A stretch of 64,000 bases of DNA from the human T2T-CHM13v2.0 reference genome, Homo sapiens. The position numbers and the translations under genes were made by a program. Location of the stretch: the NCBI RefSeq assembly GCF_009914755.1, contig NC_060925.1; one strand, given 5' to 3'. Below, piece by piece: positions 23,701-38,400 of this stretch (position 1 is its first letter; every line of letters begins with the position of its first letter). The notes beneath the pieces were generated by a model. It was not told the origin of the DNA. It saw only the letters and a list, made by a program, of their open reading frames with translations, and ran no database searches.

Positions 23701-26700
23701 TCAATGGCAGAAAAGGAAATATCTTCGTTTCAAAACTAGACAGAATCATTCCCACAAACTGCGTTGTGATGTGTTCGTTCAACTCACAGAGTTTAACCTT
23801 TCTGTTCATAGAGCAGTTAGGAAACACTCTGTTTGTAAAGTCTGTAAGTGGATATTCTGACATCTTGTGGCCTTCGTTGGAAACGGGATTTCTTCATATT
23901 CTGCTAGACAGAAGAATTCTCAGTAACTTCCTTGTGTTGTGTGTATTCAACTCACAGAGTTGAATGATCCTTTACACAGAGCAGACTTGAAACACTCTTT
24001 TTGTGGAATTTGCAAGTGGAGATTTCAGCCGCTTTGAGGTCAATGGTAGAAAAGGAAACTATCTTCATATAAAGACTAGACAGAATGATTCTCAGAAAAT
24101 CTTTTGTGATGTGTGCGTTCAACTCACAGAGTTTAACTTTTCTTCTCATAGAGCAGTTAGGAAACACTCTGTTTGTAAAGTCTGCAAGTGGATATTCAGA
24201 CCTCTTTGAGGCCTTCGTTGGAAACGGGATTTCTTCATATTATGCTAGACAGAATAATTCTCAGTAACTTCCTTGTGTTGTGTGTATTCAACTCACAGAG
24301 TTGAACGATCCTTTACACAGAGCAGACTTGAAACACTCTTTTTGTGGAATTTGCAAGTGGAGATTTCAGCCGCTTTGAGGTCAATAGTAGAAAAGGAAAT
24401 ATCTTCGTAGAAAAACTAGACAGAATGATTCTCAGAAACTCCTTTGTGATGTGTGTGTTCAACTCACAGAGTTTAACCTTTCTTTTCATAGAGCAGTTAG
24501 TAAACACTCTGTTTATAAAGTCTGCAAGTGGATATTCAGACCCCTTTGAGGCCTTCGTTGGAAACGGGATTTCTTCATATTATGCTAGACAGAAGAATTC
24601 TCAGTAACTTCCTTGTGTTGTGTGTATTCAACTGACAGAGTTGAACTTTCATTTAGAGAGAGCAGATTTGAAACAGTGTTTTTGTGGAATTTGCAAGTGG
24701 AGATTTCAAGCGCTTTGGGGCCAAAGGCAGAAAAGGAAATATCTTCGTATAAAAACTAGACAGAATCATTCTCAGAAACTGCTGCGTGATGTGTGCGTTC
24801 AACTCTCAGAGTTTAACTTTTCTTTTCATTCAGCGGTTTGGAAACACTCTGTTTGTAAAGTCTGCACGTGGAAATTTTGACCACTTAGAGGCCTTCGTTG
24901 GAAACGGGTTTTTTTCATGTAAGGCTAGACAGAAGAATTCCCAGTAACTTCCTTGTGTTGTGTGCATTCAACTCACAGAGTTGAACGTTCCCTTAGACAG
25001 AGCAGATTTGAAACACTCTATTTGTGCAATTTGCAAGTGTAGTTTTCAAGCTCTTTAAGGTCAATGGCAGAAAAGAAAATATCTTCGTTTCAAAACTAGA
25101 CAGAATCATTCCCACAAACTGCGTTGTGATGTGTTCGTTCAACTCACAGAGTTTAACCTTTCTGTTCATAGAGCAGTTAGGAAACACTCTGTTTGTAAAG
25201 TCTGTAAGTGGATATTCTGACATCTTGTGGCCTTCGTTGGAAACGGGATTTCTTCATATTCTGCTAGACAGAAGAATTCTCAGTAACTTCCTTGTGTTGT
25301 GTGTATTCAACTCACAGAGTTGAACGATCCTTTACACAGAGCAGACTTGAAACACTCTTTTTGTGGAATTTGCAAGTGGAGATTTCAGCCGCTTTGAGGT
25401 CAATGGTAGAAAAGGAAACTATCTTCATATAAAGACTAGACAGAATGATTCTCAGAAAATCTTTTGTGATGTGTGCGTTCAACTCACAGAGTTTAACTTT
25501 TCTTCTCATAGAGCAGTTAGGAAACACTCTGTTTGTAAAGTCTGCAAGTGGATATTCAGACATCTTTGAGGCCTTCGTTGGAAACGGGATTTCTTCATAT
25601 TCTGCTAGACAGAAGAATTCTCAGTAACTTCCTTGGGTTGTGTGTATTCAACTCACAGAGTTGAAGGATCCTTTACAGAGAGCAGGCTTGAAACACTCTT
25701 TTTGTCGAATTTGCAAGTGGAGATTTCAGCCGCTTTGAGGTCAATGGTAGAATAGGAAATATCTTCTTATAGAAACTAGACAGAATGATTCTCATAAACT
25801 CCTTTGTGATGTGTGCGTTCAACTCACAGAGTTTAACCTTTCTTTTCATAGAGCAGTTAGGAAACACTCTGTTTGTAAAGTCTGCAAGTGGATATTCAGA
25901 CCTCCTTGAGGCCTTCGTTGGAAACGGGATTTCTTCATATTCTGCTAGACAGAAGAATTCTCAGTAACTTCCTTGTGTTGTGTTTATTCAACTCACAGAG
26001 TTGAATGATCCTTTACACAGAGCAGACTTGAAACACTCTTTTTGTGGAATTTGCAAGTGGAGATTTCAGCCGCTTTGAGGTCAACGGTAGAAAAGTAAAT
26101 ATCTTCGTATAAAGACTAGACAGAATGATTCTCAGAAACTCCTTTGTGATGTGTGCGTTCAACTCACAGAGTTTAACCTTTCTGTTCATAGAGCAGTTAG
26201 GAAACACTCTGTTTGTAAAGTCTGCAAGTGGATATTCAGACATCTTTGAGGCCTTCGTTGGAAACGGGATTTCTTCATATTCTGCTAGACAGAAGAATTC
26301 TCAGTAACTTCCTTGTGTTGTGAGTATTCAACTCACAGAGTTGAACGATCCTTTACACAGAGCAGACTTGAAACACTCTTTTTGTGGAATTTGCAAGAGG
26401 AGATTTCAGCCGCTTTGAGGTCAATAGTAGAAAAGGAAATATCTTCGTAGAAAAACTAGACAGAATGATTCTCAGAAACTCCTTTGTGATGTGTGTGTTC
26501 AACTCACAGAGTTTAACCTTTCTTTTCATAGAGCAGTTAGTAAACACTCTGTTTATAAAGTCTGCAAGTGGATATTCAGACCCCTTTGAGGCCTTCGTTG
26601 GAAACGGGATTTCTTCATATTATGCTAGACAGAAGAATTCTCAGTAACTTCCTTGTGTTGTGTGTATTCAACTGACAGAGTTGAACTTTCATTTGGAGAG

Positions 26701-28672
26701 AGCAGATTTGAAACACTGTTTTTGTGGAATTTGCAAGTGGAGATTTCAAGCGCTTTGGGGCCAAAGGCAGAAAAGGAAATATCTTCGTATAAAAACTAGA
26801 CAGAATCATTCTCAGAAACTGCTGCGTGATGTGTGCGTTCAACTCTCAGAGTTTAACCTTTCTTTTCATTCAGCGGTTTGGAAACACTCTGTTTGTAAAG
26901 TCTACACGTGGATATTTTGACCACTTAGAGGCCTTCGTTGGAAACGGGTTTTTTTCATGTAAGGCTAGACAGAAGAATTCCCAGTAAATTCCTTGTGTTG
27001 TGTGCATTCAACTCACAGAGTTGAACGTTCCCTTAGACAGAGCAGATTTGAAACACTCTATTTGTGCAATTTGCAAGTGTAGATTTCAAGCGCTTTATGG
27101 TCAACGGCAGAAAAGGAAATATCTTCGTTTCAAAACTAGACAGAATCATTCCCACAAACTGCGTTGTGATGTGTTCGTTCAACTCACAGAGTTTAACCTT
27201 TCTGTTCATAGAGCAGTTAGGAAACACTCTGTTTGTAAAGTCTGTAAGTGGATATTCTGATATCTTGTGGCCTTCGTTGGAAACGGGATTTCTTCATATT
27301 CTGCTAGACAGAAGAATTCTCAGTAACTTCCTTGTGTTGTGTGTATTCAACTCACAGAGTTGAACGATCCTTTACACAGAGCAGACTTGAAACACTCTTT
27401 TTGTGGAATTTGCAAGTGGAGATTTCAGCCGCTTTGAGGTCAATGGTAGAAAAGTAAATATCTTCGTATAAAGACTAGACAGAATGATTCTCAGAAACTC
27501 CTTTGTGATGTGTGCGTTCAACTCACAGAGTTTAACCTTTCTGTTCATAGAGCAGTTAGGAATCACTCTGTTTGTAAAGTCTGCAAGTGGATATTCAGAC
27601 CTCCTTGAGGCCTTTGTTGGAAACGGGATTTCTTCATATTCTGCTAGACAGAAGAATTCTCAGTAACTTCCTTGTGTTGTGTGTATTCAACTCACAGAGT
27701 TGAACGATCCTTTACACAGAGCAGACTTGAAACACTCTTTTTGTGGAATTTGCAAGTGGAGATTTCAGCCGCTTTGAGGTCAATAGTAGAAAAGGAAATA
27801 TCTTCGTAGAAAAACTAGACAGAATGATTCTCAGAAACTCCTTTGTGATGTGTGTGTTCAACTCACAGAGTTTAACCTTTCTTTTCATAGAGCAGTTAGT
27901 AAACACTCTGTTTATAAAGTCTGCAAGTGGATATTCAGACCCCTTTGAGGCCTTCGTTGGAAACGGGATTTCTTCATATTATGCTAGACAGAAGAATTCT
28001 CAGTAACTTCCTTGTGTTGTGTGTATTCAACTGACAGAGTTGAACTTTCATTTGGAGAGAGCAGATTTGAAACACTGTTTTTGTGGAATTTGCAAGTGGA
28101 GATTTCAAGCGCTTTGGGGCCAAAGGCAGAAAAGGAAATATCTTCGTATAAAAACTAGACAGAATCATTCTCAGAAACTGCTGCGTGATGTGTGCGTTCA
28201 ACTCTCAGAGTTTAACTTTTCTTTTCATTCAGCGGTTTGGAAACACTCTGTTTGTAAAGTCTGCACGTGGATATTTTGACCACTTAGAGGCCTTCGTTGG
28301 AAACGGGTTTTTTTCATGTAAGGCTAGACAGAAGAATTCCCAGTAACTTCCTTGTGTTGTGTGCATTCAACTCACAGAGTTGAACGTTCCCTTAGACAGA
28401 GCAGATTTGAAACACTCTATTTGTGCAATTTGCAAGTGTAGTTTTCAAGCTCTTTATGGTCAACGGCAGAAAAGGAAATATCTTCGTTTCAAAACTAGAC
28501 AGAATCATTCCCACAAACTGCGTTGTGATGTGTTCGTTCAACTCACAGAGTTTAACCTTTCTGTTCATAGAGCAGTTAGGAAACACTCTGTTTGTAAAGT
28601 CTGTAAGTGGATATTCTGACATCTTGTGGCCTTCGTTGGAAACGGGATTTCTTCATATTCTGCTAGACAGAA
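17796..28672 (+). repeat. Heterogeneous HOR variants: 10-mer (17796), 14-mer (19495), 6-mer (21875), 8-mer (22895), 12-mer (24255), 8-mer (26295), 6-mer (27654)
   Basis: Spacings between A dimers are 1699, 2380, 1020, 1360, 2040, 1359 and 1019 bp. Confidence 0.85.
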
Positions 28673-31600
28673 GAATTCTCAGTAACTTCCTTGTGTTGTG
28701 TGTATTCAACTCACAGAGTTGAACGATCCTTTACACAGAGCAGACTTGAAACACTCTTTTTGTGGAATTTGCAAGTGGAGATTTCAGCCGCTTTGAGGTC
28801 AATAGTAGAAAAGGAAATATCTTCGTAGAAAAACTAGACAGAATGATTCTCAGAAACTCCTTTGTGATGTGTGTGTTCAACTCACAGAGTTTAACCTTTC
28901 TTTTCATAGAGCAGTTAGTAAACACTCTGTTTATAAAGTCTGCAAGTGGATATTCAGACCCCTTTGAGGCCTTCGTTGGAAACGGGATTTCTTCATATTA
29001 TGCTAGACAGAAGAATTCTCAGTAACTTCCTTGTGTTGTGTGTATTCAACTGACAGTGTTGAACTTTCATTTAGAGAGAGCAGATTTGAAACACTGTTTT
29101 TGTGGAATTTGCAAGTGGAGATTTCAAGCGCTTTGGGGCCAAAGGCAGAAAAGGAAATATCTTCGTATAAAAACTAGACAGAATCATTCTCAGAAACTGC
29201 TGCGTGATGTGTGCGTTCAACTCTCAGAGTTTAACTTTTCTTTTCATTCAGCGGTTTGGAAACACTCTGTTTGTAAAGTCTGCACGTGGATATTTTGACC
29301 ACTTAGAGGCCTTCGTTGGAAACGGGTTTTTTTCATGTAAGGCTAGACAGAAGAATTCCCAGTAACTTCCTTGTGTTGTGTGCATTCAACTCACAGATTT
29401 GAACGTTCCCTTAGACAGAGCAGATTTGAAACACTCTATTTGTGCAATTTGCAAGTGTAGATTTCAAGCGCTTTAAGGTCAACGGCAGAAAAGGAAATAT
29501 CTTCGTTTCAAAACTAGACAGAATCATTCCCACAAACTGCGTTGTGATGTGTTCGTTCAACTCACAGAGTTTAACCTTTCTGTTCATAGAGCAGTTAGGA
29601 AACACTCTGTTTGTAAAGTCTGTAAGTGGATATTCGGACATCTTGTGGCCTTCGTTGGAAACGGGATTTCTTCATATTCTGCTAGACAGAAGAATTCTCA
29701 GTAACTTCCTTGTGTTGTGTGTATTCAACTCACAGAGTTGAACGATCCTTTACACAGAGCAGACTTGAAACACTCTTTTTGTGGAATTTGCAAGTGGAGA
29801 TTTCAGCCGCTTTGAGGTCAATGGTCGAAAAGGAAACTATCTTCATATAAAGACTAGACAGAATGATTCTCAGAAAATCTTTTGTGATGTGTGCGTTCAA
29901 CTCACAGAGTTTAACTTTTCTTCTCATAGAGCAGTTAGGAAACACTCTGTTTGTAAAGTCTGCAAGTGGATATTCAGACCTCTTTGAGGCCTTCGTTGGA
30001 AACGGGATTTCTTCATATTCTGCTAGACAGAATAATTCTCAGTAACTTCCTTGTGTTGTGTGTATTCAACTCACAGAGTTGAAGGATCCTTTACAGAGAG
30101 CAGGCTTGAAACACTCTTTTTGTCGAATTTGCAAGTGGAGATTTCAGCCGCTTTGAGGTCAATGGTAGAATAGGAAATATCTTCTTATAGAAACTAGACA
30201 GAATGATTCTCATAAACTCCTTTGTGATGTGTGCGTTCAACTCACAGAGTTTAACCTTTCTTTTCATAGAGCAGTTAGGAAACACTCTGTTTGTAAAGTC
30301 TGCAAGTGGATATTCAGACCTCCTTGAGGCCTTCGTTGGAAACGGGATTTCTTCATATTCTGCTAGACAGAAGAATTCTCAGTAACTTCCTTGTGTTGTG
30401 TTTACTCAACTCACAGAGTTGAATGATCCTTTACACAGAGCAGACTTGAAACACTCTTTTTGTGGAATTTGCAAGTGGAGATTTCAGCCGCTTTGAGGTC
30501 AATGGTAGAAAAGTAAATATCTTCGTATAAAGACTAGACAGAATGATTCTCAGAAACTCCTTTGTGATGTGTGCGTTCAACTCACAGAGTTTAACCTTTC
30601 TGTTCATAGAGCAGTTAGGAAACACTCTGTTTGTAAAGTCTGCAAGTGGATATCCGACCTCCTTGAGGCCTTCGTTGGAAACGGGATTTCTTCATATTCT
30701 GCTAGACAGAAGAATTCTCAGTAACTTCCTTGTGTTGTGTGTATTCAACTCACAGAGTTGAACGATCCTTTACACAGAGCAGACTTGAAACTCTCTTTTT
30801 GTGGAATTTGCAAGTGGAGATTTCAGCCGCTTTGAGGTCAATGGTAGAAAAGGAAATATCTTCGTATAAAGACTAGACAGAATGATTCTCAGAAACTCCT
30901 TTGTGATGTGTGCGTTCAACTCACAGAGTTTAACTTTTCTTTTCATAGAGCAGTTAGGAAACACTCTGTTTGTAAAGTCTGCAAGTGGATATTCAGACCT
31001 CTTTGAGGCCTTCGTTGGAAACGGGATTTCTTCATATTATGCTAGACAGAAGAATTCTCAGTAACTTCCTTGTGTTGTGTGTATTCAACTCACAGAGTTG
31101 AACGATCCTTTACACAGAGCAGACTTGAAACATTCTTTTTGTGGAATTTGCAAGTGGAGATTTCAGCCGCTTTGAGGTCAATGGTAGAATAGGAAATATC
31201 TTCCTATAGAAACTAGACAGAACGATTCTCAGAAACTCCATTGTGATGTGTGCGTTCAACTCACAGAGTTTAACCTTTCTTTTCATGGAGCAGTTAGGAA
31301 ACACTCTGTTTGTAAAGTCTGCAAGTGGATATTCAGACCTCTTTGAGGCCTTCGTTGGAAACGGGATTTCTTCCTATTCTGCTAGACAGAAGAATTCTCA
31401 GTAACTTCCTTGTGTTGTGTGTATTCAACTCACAGAGTTGAACGATCCTTTACACAGAGCAGACTTGAAACACTCTTTTTGTGGAATTTGCAAGTGGAGA
31501 TTTCAGCCGCTTTGAGGTCAATAGTAGAAAAGGAAATATCTTCGTAGAAAAACTAGACAGAATGATTCTCAGAAACTCCTTTGTGATGTGTGTGTTCAAC

Positions 31601-34600
31601 TCACAGAGTTTAAGCTTTCTTTTCATAGAGCAGTTAGTAAACACTCTGTTTATAAAGTCTGCAAGTGGATATTCAGACCCCTTTGAGGCCTTCGTTGGAA
31701 ACGGGATTTCTTCATATTATGCTAGACAGAAGAATTCTCAGTAACTTCCTTGTGTTGTGTGTATTCAACTGACAGAGTTGAACTTTCATTTAGAGAGAGC
31801 AGATTTGAAACACTGTTTTTGTGGAATTTGCAATTGGAGATTTCAAGCGCTTTGGGGCCAAAGGCAGAAAAGGAAATATCTTCGTATAAAAACTAGACAG
31901 AATCATTCTCAGAAACTGCTGCGTGATGTGTGCGTTCAACTCTCAGAGTTTAACTTTTCTTTTCATTCAGCGGTTTGGAAACACTCTGTTTGTAAAGTCT
32001 GCACGTGGATATTTTGACCACTTAGAGGCCTTCGTTGGAAACGGGTTTTTTTCATGTAAGGCTAGACAGAAGAATTCCCAGTAACTTCCTTGTGTTGTGT
32101 GCATTCAACTCACAGAGTTGAACGTTCCCTTAGACAGAGCAGATTTGAAACACTCTATTTGTGCAATTTGCAAGTGTAGTTTTCAAGCTCTTTAAGGTCA
32201 ACGGCAGAAAAGGAAATATCTTCGTTTCAAAACTAGACAGAATCATTCCCACAAACTGCGTTGTGATGTGTTCGTTCAACTCACAGAGTTTAACCTTTCT
32301 GTTCATAGAGCAGTTAGGAAACACTCTGTTTGTAAAGTCTGTAAGTGGATATTCTGACATCTTGTGGCCTTCGTTGGAAACGGGATTTCTTCATATTCTG
32401 CTAGACAGAAGAATTCTCAGTAACTTCCTTGTGTTGTGTGTATTCAACTCACAGAGTTGAACGATCCTTTACACAGAGCAGACTTGAAACACTCTTTTTG
32501 TGGAATTTGCAAGTGGAGATTTCAGCCGCTTTGAGGTCAATGGTAGAAAAGGAAACTATCTTCATATAAAGACTAGACAGAATGATTCTCAGAAAATCTT
32601 TTGTGATGTGTGCGTTCAACTCACAGAGTTTAACTTTTCTTCTCATAGAGCAGTTAAGAAACACTCTGTTTGTAAAGTCTGCAAGTGGATATTCAGACCT
32701 CTTTGAGGCCTTCGTTGGAAACGGGATTTCTTCATATTCTGCTAGACAGAAGAATTCTCAGTAACTTCCTTGTGTTGTGTGTATTCAACTCACAGAGTTG
32801 AAGGATCCTTTACAGAGAGCAGGCTTGAAACACTCTTTTTGTCGAATTTGCAAGTGGAGATTTCAGCCGCTTTGAGGTCAATGGTAGAATAGGAAATATC
32901 TTCTTATAGAAACTAGACAGAATGATTCTCATAAACTCCTTTGTGATGTGTGCGTTCAACTCACAGAGTTTAACCTTTCTTTTCATAGAGCAGTTAGGAA
33001 ACACTCTGTTTGTAAAGTCTGCAAGTGGATATTCAGACCTCCTTGAGGCCTTCGTTGGAAACGGGATTTCTTCATATTCTGCTAGACAGAAGAATTCTCA
33101 GTAACTTCCTTGTGTTGTGTTTATTCAACTCACAGAGTTGAATGATCCTTTACACAGAGCAGACTTGAAACACTCTTTTTGTGGAATTTGCAAGTGGAGA
33201 TTTCAGCCGCTTTGAGGTCAATGGTAGAAAAGTAAATATCTTCGTATAAAGACTAGACAGAATGATTCTCAGAAACTCCTTTGTGATGTGTGCGTTCAAC
33301 TCACAGAGTTTAACCTTTCTGTTCATAGAGCAGTTAGGAATCACTCTGTTTGTAAAGTCTGCAAGTGGATATTCAGACCTCCTTGACGCCTTTGTTGGAA
33401 ACGGGATTTCTTCATATTCTGCTAGACAGAAGAATTCTCAGTAACTTCCTTGTGTTGTGTGTATTCAACTCACAGAGTTGAACGATCCTTTACACAGAGC
33501 AGACTTGAAACACTCTTTTTGTGGAATTTGCAAGAGGAGATTTCAGCCGATTTGAGGTCAATAGTAGAAAAGGAAACATCTTCGTAGAAAAACTAGACAG
33601 AATGATTCTCAGAAACTCCTTTGTGATGTGTGTGTTCAACTCACAGAGTTTAACCTTTCTTTTCATAGAGCAGTTAGTAAACACTCTGTTTATAAAGTCT
33701 GCAAGTGGATATTCAGACCCCTTTGAGGCCTTCGTTGGAAACGGGATTTCTTCATATTATGCTAGACAGAAGAATTCTCAGTAACTTCCTTGTGTTGTGT
33801 GTATTCAACTGACAGAGTTGAACTTTCATTTGGAGAGAGCAGATTTGAAACACTGTTTTTGTGGAATTTGCAAGTGGAGATTTCAAGCGCTTTGGGGCCA
33901 AAGGCAGAAAAGGAAATATCTTCGTATAAAAACTAGACAGAATCATTCTCAGAAACTGCTGCGTGATGTGTGCGTTCAACTCTCAGAGTTTAACTTTTCT
34001 TTTCATTCAGCGGTTTGGAAACACTCTGTTTGTAAAGTCTGCACGTGGATATTTTGACCACTTAGAGGCCTTCGTTGGAAACGGGTTTTTTTCATGTAAG
34101 GCTAGACAGAAGAATTCCCAGTAACTTCCTTGTGTTGTGTGCATTCAACTCACAGAGTTGAACGTTCCCTTAGACAGAGCAGATTTGAAACACTCTATTT
34201 GTGCAATTTGCAAGTGTAGTTTTCAAGCTCTTTATGGTCAACGGCAGAAAAGGAAATATCTTCGTTTCAAAACTAGACAGAATCATTCCCACAAACTGCG
34301 TTGTGATGTGTTCGTTCAACTCACAGAGTTTAACCTTTCTGTTCATAGAGCAGTTAGGAAACACTCTGTTTGTAAAGTCTGTAAGTGGATATTCTGACAT
34401 CTTGTGGCCTTCGTTGGAAACGGGATTTCTTCATATTCTGCTAGACAGAAGAATTCTCAGTAACTTCCTTGTGTTGTGTGTATTCAACTCACAGAGTTGA
34501 ACGATCCTTTACACAGAGCAGACTTGAAACACTCTTTTTGTGGAATTTGCAAGTGGAGATTTCAGCCGCTTTGAGGTCAATAGTAGAAAAGGAAATATCT

Positions 34601-37600
34601 TCGTAGAAAAACTAGACAGAATGATTCTCAGAAACTCCTTTGTGATGTGTGTGTTCAACTCACAGAGTTTAACCTTTCTTTTCATAGAGCAGTTAGTAAA
34701 CACTCTGTTTATAAAGTCTGCAAGTGGATATTCAGACCCCTTTGAGGCCTTCGTTGGAAACGGGATTTCTTCATATTATGCTAGACAGAAGAATTCTCAG
34801 TAACTTCCTTGTGTTGTGTGTATTCAACTGACAGTGTTGAACTTTCATTTAGAGAGAGCAGATTTGAAACACTGTTTTTGTGGAATTTGCAAGTGGAGAT
34901 TTCAAGCGCTTTGGGGCCAAAGGCAGAAAAGGAAATATCTTCGTATAAAAACTAGACAGAATCATTCTCAGAAACTGCTGCGTGATGTGTGCGTTCAACT
35001 CTCAGAGTTTAACTTTTCTTTTCATTCAGCGGTTTGGAAACACTCTGTTTGTAAAGTCTGCACGTGGATATTTTGACCACTTAGAGGCCTTCGTTGGAAA
35101 CGGGTTTTTTTCATGTAAGGCTAGACAGAAGAATTCCCAGTAACTTCCTTGTGTTGTGTGCATTCAACTCACAGATTTGAACGTTCCCTTAGACAGAGCA
35201 GATTTGAAACACTCTATTTGTGCAATTTGCAAGTGTAGATTTCAAGCGCTTTAAGGTCAACGGCAGAAAAGGAAATATCTTCGTTTCAAAACTAGACAGA
35301 ATCATTCCCACAAACTGCGTTGTGATGTGTTCGTTCAACTCACAGAGTTTAACCTTTCTGTTCATAGAGCAGTTAGGAAACACTCTGTTTGTAAAGTCTG
35401 TAAGTGGATATTCGGACATCTTGTGGCCTTCGTTGGAAACGGGATTTCTTCATATTCTGCTAGACAGAAGAATTCTCAGTAACTTCCTTGTGTTGTGTGT
35501 ATTCAACTCACAGAGTTGAACGATCCTTTACACAGAGCAGACTTGAAACACTCTTTTTGTGGAATTTGCAAGTGGAGATTTCAGCCGCTTTGAGGTCAAT
35601 GGTCGAAAAGGAAACTATCTTCATATAAAGACTAGACAGAATGATTCTCAGAAAATCTTTTGTGATGTGTGCGTTCAACTCACAGAGTTTAACTTTTCTT
35701 CTCATAGAGCAGTTAGGAAACACTCTGTTTGTAAAGTCTGCAAGTGGATATTCAGACCTCTTTGAGGCCTTCGTTGGAAACGGGATTTCTTCATATTCTG
35801 CTAGACAGAATAATTCTCAGTAACTTCCTTGTGTTGTGTGTATTCAACTCACAGAGTTGAAGGATCCTTTACAGAGAGCAGGCTTGAAACACTCTTTTTG
35901 TCGAATTTGCAAGTGGAGATTTCAGCCGCTTTGAGGTCAATGGTAGAATAGGAAATATCTTCTTATAGAAACTAGACAGAATGATTCTCATAAACTCCTT
36001 TGTGATGTGTGCGTTCAACTCACAGAGTTTAACCTTTCTTTTCATAGAGCAGTTAGGAAACACTCTGTTTGTAAAGTCTGCAAGTGGATATTCAGACCTC
36101 CTTGAGGCCTTCGTTGGAAACGGGATTTCTTCATATTCTGCTAGACAGAAGAATTCTCAGTAACTTCCTTGTGTTGTGTTTACTCAACTCACAGAGTTGA
36201 ATGATCCTTTACACAGAGCAGACTTGAAACACTCTTTTTGTGGAATTTGCAAGTGGAGATTTCAGCCGCTTTGAGGTCAATGGTAGAAAAGTAAATATCT
36301 TCGTATAAAGACTAGACAGAATGATTCTCAGAAACTCCTTTGTGATGTGTGCGTTCAACTCACAGAGTTTAACCTTTCTGTTCATAGAGCAGTTAGGAAA
36401 CACTCTGTTTGTAAAGTCTGCAAGTGGATATCCGACCTCCTTGAGGCCTTCGTTGGAAACGGGATTTCTTCATATTCTGCTAGACAGAAGAATTCTCAGT
36501 AACTTCCTTGTGTTGTGTGTATTCAACTCACAGAGTTGAACGATCCTTTACACAGAGCAGACTTGAAACTCTCTTTTTGTGGAATTTGCAAGTGGAGATT
36601 TCAGCCGCTTTGAGGTCAATGGTAGAAAAGGAAATATCTTCGTATAAAGACTAGACAGAATGATTCTCAGAAACTCCTTTGTGATGTGTGCGTTCAACTC
36701 ACAGAGTTTAACTTTTCTTTTCATAGAGCAGTTAGGAAACACTCTGTTTGTAAAGTCTGCAAGTGGATATTCAGACCTCTTTGAGGCCTTCGTTGGAAAC
36801 GGGATTTCTTCATATTATGCTAGACAGAAGAATTCTCAGTAACTTCCTTGTGTTGTGTGTATTCAACTCACAGAGTTGAACGATCCTTTACACAGAGCAG
36901 ACTTGAAACATTCTTTTTGTGGAATTTGCAAGTGGAGATTTCAGCCGCTTTGAGGTCAATGGTAGAATAGGAAATATCTTCCTATAGAAACTAGACAGAA
37001 CGATTCTCAGAAACTCCATTGTGATGTGTGCGTTCAACTCACAGAGTTTAACCTTTCTTTTCATGGAGCAGTTAGGAAACACTCTGTTTGTAAAGTCTGC
37101 AAGTGGATATTCAGACCTCTTTGAGGCCTTCGTTGGAAACGGGATTTCTTCCTATTCTGCTAGACAGAAGAATTCTCAGTAACTTCCTTGTGTTGTGTGT
37201 ATTCAACTCACAGAGTTGAACGATCCTTTACACAGAGCAGACTTGAAACACTCTTTTTGTGGAATTTGCAAGTGGAGATTTCAGCCGCATTGAGGTCAAT
37301 AGTAGAAAAGGAAATATCTTCGTAGAAAAACTAGACAGAATGATTCTCAGAAACTCCTTTGTGATGTGTGTGTTCAACTCACAGAGTTTAAGCTTTCTTT
37401 TCATAGAGCAGTTAGTAAACACTCTGTTTATAAAGTCTGCAAGTGGATATTCAGACCCCTTTGAGGCCTTCGTTGGAAACGGGATTTCTTCATATTATGC
37501 TAGACAGAAGAATTCTCAGTAACTTCCTTGTGTTGTGTGTATTCAACTGACAGAGTTGAACTTTCATTTAGAGAGAGCAGATTTGAAACACTGTTTTTGT

Positions 37601-38400
37601 GGAATTTGCAATTGGAGATTTCAAGCGCTTTGGGGCCAAAGGCAGAAAAGGAAATATCTTCGTATAAAAACTAGACAGAATCATTCTCAGAAACTGCTGC
37701 GTGATGTGTGCGTTCAACTCTCAGAGTTTAACTTTTCTTTTCATTCAGCGGTTTGGAAACACTCTGTTTGTAAAGTCTGCACGTGGATATTTTGACCACT
37801 TAGAGGCCTTCGTTGGAAACGGGTTTTTTTCATGTAAGGCTAGACAGAAGAATTCCCAGTAACTTCCTTGTGTTGTGTGCATTCAACTCACAGAGTTGAA
37901 CGTTCCCTTAGACAGAGCAGATTTGAAACACTCTATTTGTGCAATTTGCAAGTGTAGTTTTCAAGCTCTTTAAGGTCAACGGCAGAAAAGGAAATATCTT
38001 CGTTTCAAAACTAGACAGAATCATTCCCACAAACTGCGTTGTGATGTGTTCGTTCAACTCACAGAGTTTAACCTTTCTGTTCATAGAGCAGTTAGGAAAC
38101 ACTCTGTTTGTAAAGTCTGTAAGTGGATATTCTGACATCTTGTGGCCTTCGTTGGAAACGGGATTTCTTCATATTCTGCTAGACAGAAGAATTCTCAGTA
38201 ACTTCCTTGTGTTGTGTGTATTCAACTCACAGAGTTGAACGATCCTTTACACAGAGCAGACTTGAAACACTCTTTTTGTGGAATTTGCAAGTGGAGATTT
38301 CAGCCGCTTTGAGGTCAATGGTAGAAAAGGAAACTATCTTCATATAAAGACTAGACAGAATGATTCTCAGAAAATCTTTTGTGATGTGTGCGTTCAACTC
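28000..38400 (+). repeat. Tandem duplication with 5,778-bp (34-monomer) period (16-mer + 12-mer + 6-mer); ends approximate
   Basis: Private markers at +5,778: gacagTgttg 29057/34835, cacagaTttg, tattcGgaca 29636/35414, atggtCgaaa, EcoRI loss 30033/35811, tttaCtcaac, tatccgac, ctccAttg, catGgag and taaGcttt. Confidence 0.9.
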
